This document shows, in pieces, positions 62,621-64,000 of a stretch of 64,000 nucleotides of DNA (position 1 is its first letter; the number at the start of each line of letters is the position of its first letter). The translations under genes and the position numbers were made by a program. Origin of the DNA: an uncultured Patescibacteria group bacterium (GTDB lineage: Bacteria; Patescibacteriota; Minisyncoccia; Phycocordibacterales; UBA12088); the NCBI GenBank assembly GCA_947259245.1, contig CAMYLP010000003.1:27118-91117 (forward strand), read 5' to 3'. The notes under the pieces are model-generated. The model saw only the letters and a program-made list of their open reading frames with translations. It ran no database searches and was not told the DNA's origin.

Positions 62621-63647
62621 CTATATACCCACCCGATGTATGCTCCTCTGCGTACAACAACCTCATACGCTCCCAATATTCGGGATGACCATGTACCACC
62701 TTCAACCAGTACCACCATTCTGCACCCCACAGGTATTGAGTCGGTAAGCGCGTCTCTCGTGCGTAGGTAAGAATCTCGTCAACTTGTTCGATACTCATGC
62801 GTGCTAGCTGAAGCTCTATCGGTGCGTCAGTTATTGACGTACTCATCCAGGGCTCAAGCGAGAGCTCGATGAGAAGTGCCTCCTTCTCGCTGAACAAGAG
62901 CTCCATGGCCTTTCGTTTGGCAACGTATACGTCAGGAGGTAGTACAGTTTTAAACGGTCCCGTCTGTTCATTGTAGAGGTAAACATACACGCTCGTGCCA
63001 AAGAGATCCCCACGACGGTATGCGCCGATCCACGTTCCCAGGTTTCCACTATCTGTCACGAGCACCTGACGTGCTGGGTCAAGTTCTTGCACGAGCGCTA
63101 TTTCCTCATCTAAAAACTTCTTGTCAAGATTTCCACAGTGCTCGTATGCAAAAACCGTTAGGAAGGGTTCATTCTCGACCTGCCAGTACACAAGCGTCTC
63201 GTGTTCCCTGTAACGTTCAACTACAACTTGTATGTACGTACGTACGTGTTCCTGCTGTTCCTCCAGGGGTAGGTTGCGCGCCCACTCGGGTACATGGCAT
63301 TCAGGCCATCGCGGTAGCCGCTTCCCAACCGCAAGAATGACATCAACGTCGTTTTCTTCAGCTAATTGCATCTGTCTATCAAGCTCTTCGAAGTTCCAGT
63401 CATTGTCATTCGGTTCCACCATAGGCCAGTGCGCTGCCAGTCGTATGCGCTGGACACCAAGGTCATCTATTATCGCCGTATATACTTCCTCCCAATCGAG
63501 TCCCAACTCCTCGGTATAGAGGGTGTTGAACGATACACCATACTCATAGTGATCAGGATACGGTGTCTGTTTCGCAAAGTACCACAGTATGCCCGCAACT
63601 ATGCAGAGACCAATCAGGATACGAAACACGATGCCAACTAGTTTCAT
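62616..63647 (-). CDS. membrane-anchored clan GH-A glycoside hydrolase (GH5/GH42-like)
   Basis: N-terminal TM; HWPMVEP, PRWPECHVPEW, WQVENEP (acid/base Glu), IELSLEPW. Confidence 0.8.
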   Translation of the reverse strand: MKLVGIVFRILIGLCIVAGILWYFAKQTPYPDHYEYGVSFNTLYTEELGLDWEEVYTAIIDDLGVQRIRLAAHWPMVEPNDNDWNFEELDRQMQLAEENDVDVILAVGKRLPRWPECHVPEWARNLPLEEQQEHVRTYIQVVVERYREHETLVYWQVENEPFLTVFAYEHCGNLDKKFLDEEIALVQELDPARQVLVTDSGNLGTWIGAYRRGDLFGTSVYVYLYNEQTGPFKTVLPPDVYVAKRKAMELLFSEKEALLIELSLEPWMSTSITDAPIELQLARMSIEQVDEILTYARETRLPTQYLWGAEWWYWLKVVHGHPEYWERMRLLYAEEHTSGGYIE

Positions 63648-64000
63648 ACATCAATGAAGAGGAAGAAGAAGCCGAGGACGATGAGGGGTATCGCAATTCC
63701 TTTTTGCACAATGTCTCGGTACGACACGTTCTCACCCCAATCTTTTGCGATGTACCTGCCACAACATGCACTGAAACCGAGAAGAATCAGGTACTGCAAT
63801 CCACCAAGCGCATTTACCAATGAGACATCACCAAACTCTATCGCCTTCAACAGAAGGATGCTTGCCAACCCCCCGAGAAACTTGTTGCCGAGCAGGAACG
63901 CACCGTCACGTTTTTTAGCAGCGCGGGTGCGAACCATGACCTTTTCATAGTAGTACGGTATGAGCAGCATCGAGAGTGCTATCGCGACAATGGCCGCGCG
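63644..64000 (-). CDS. EamA/DMT-family membrane protein, C-terminal part (starts outside the window)
   Basis: AIEFGDVSLVNALGGLQY...E...QKGIAIPLIVLG pattern; its stop overlaps the start of the GH gene. Confidence 0.7.
   Translation of the reverse strand, partial: RAAIVAIALSMLLIPYYYEKVMVRTRAAKKRDGAFLLGNKFLGGLASILLLKAIEFGDVSLVNALGGLQYLILLGFSACCGRYIAKDWGENVSYRDIVQKGIAIPLIVLGFFFLFIDV

Overview
This 64-kb window is chromosomal DNA from a bacterium whose gene set and gene style point to Patescibacteria/CPR, probably Parcubacteria (inferred from trimmed PheS/PheT/ThrS, a short non-discriminating AspS, a NusB-NUDIX fusion and xVPYTG surface proteins; genetic code 11). Housekeeping genes dominate: rpoBC, trmD-khpA-rpsP-rnc-nusB-rpmF-rnhB, dnaE, thrS, gyrB, pheST, tsf-rpsB-prfA-rpmE, rplY, scpAB, aspS, trpS, grpE-dnaK-dnaJ, ung, pyk and three tRNAs. 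I saw no rRNA, CRISPR array, transposase or prophage. Six features stand out. (1) A sortase sits next to a large surface protein whose VPYTG+TM sorting signal is followed by about 300 cytoplasmic residues resembling the lid and collar of the clamp-loader subunit DnaX; a 4-bp duplication splits this gene. (2) An SOS mutagenesis locus has a palindromic operator in its promoter, an unknown first gene, lexA, an exonuclease-GIY-YIG fusion, a catalytically dead 'pre-cleaved' UmuD-like gene and umuC. (3) Core genes look leaderless, whereas scattered orphan single-gene cassettes carry strong, similar Shine-Dalgarno sites. (4) An AT-rich unit joins an acyltransferase, an acyl-reductase and a 7TM histidine kinase. 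(5) A 16-codon ORF overlaps a terminator like an attenuator leader. (6) An 81-nt hairpin pairs fully only on the antisense strand. All family assignments come from motifs recognised by eye; no searches were run.
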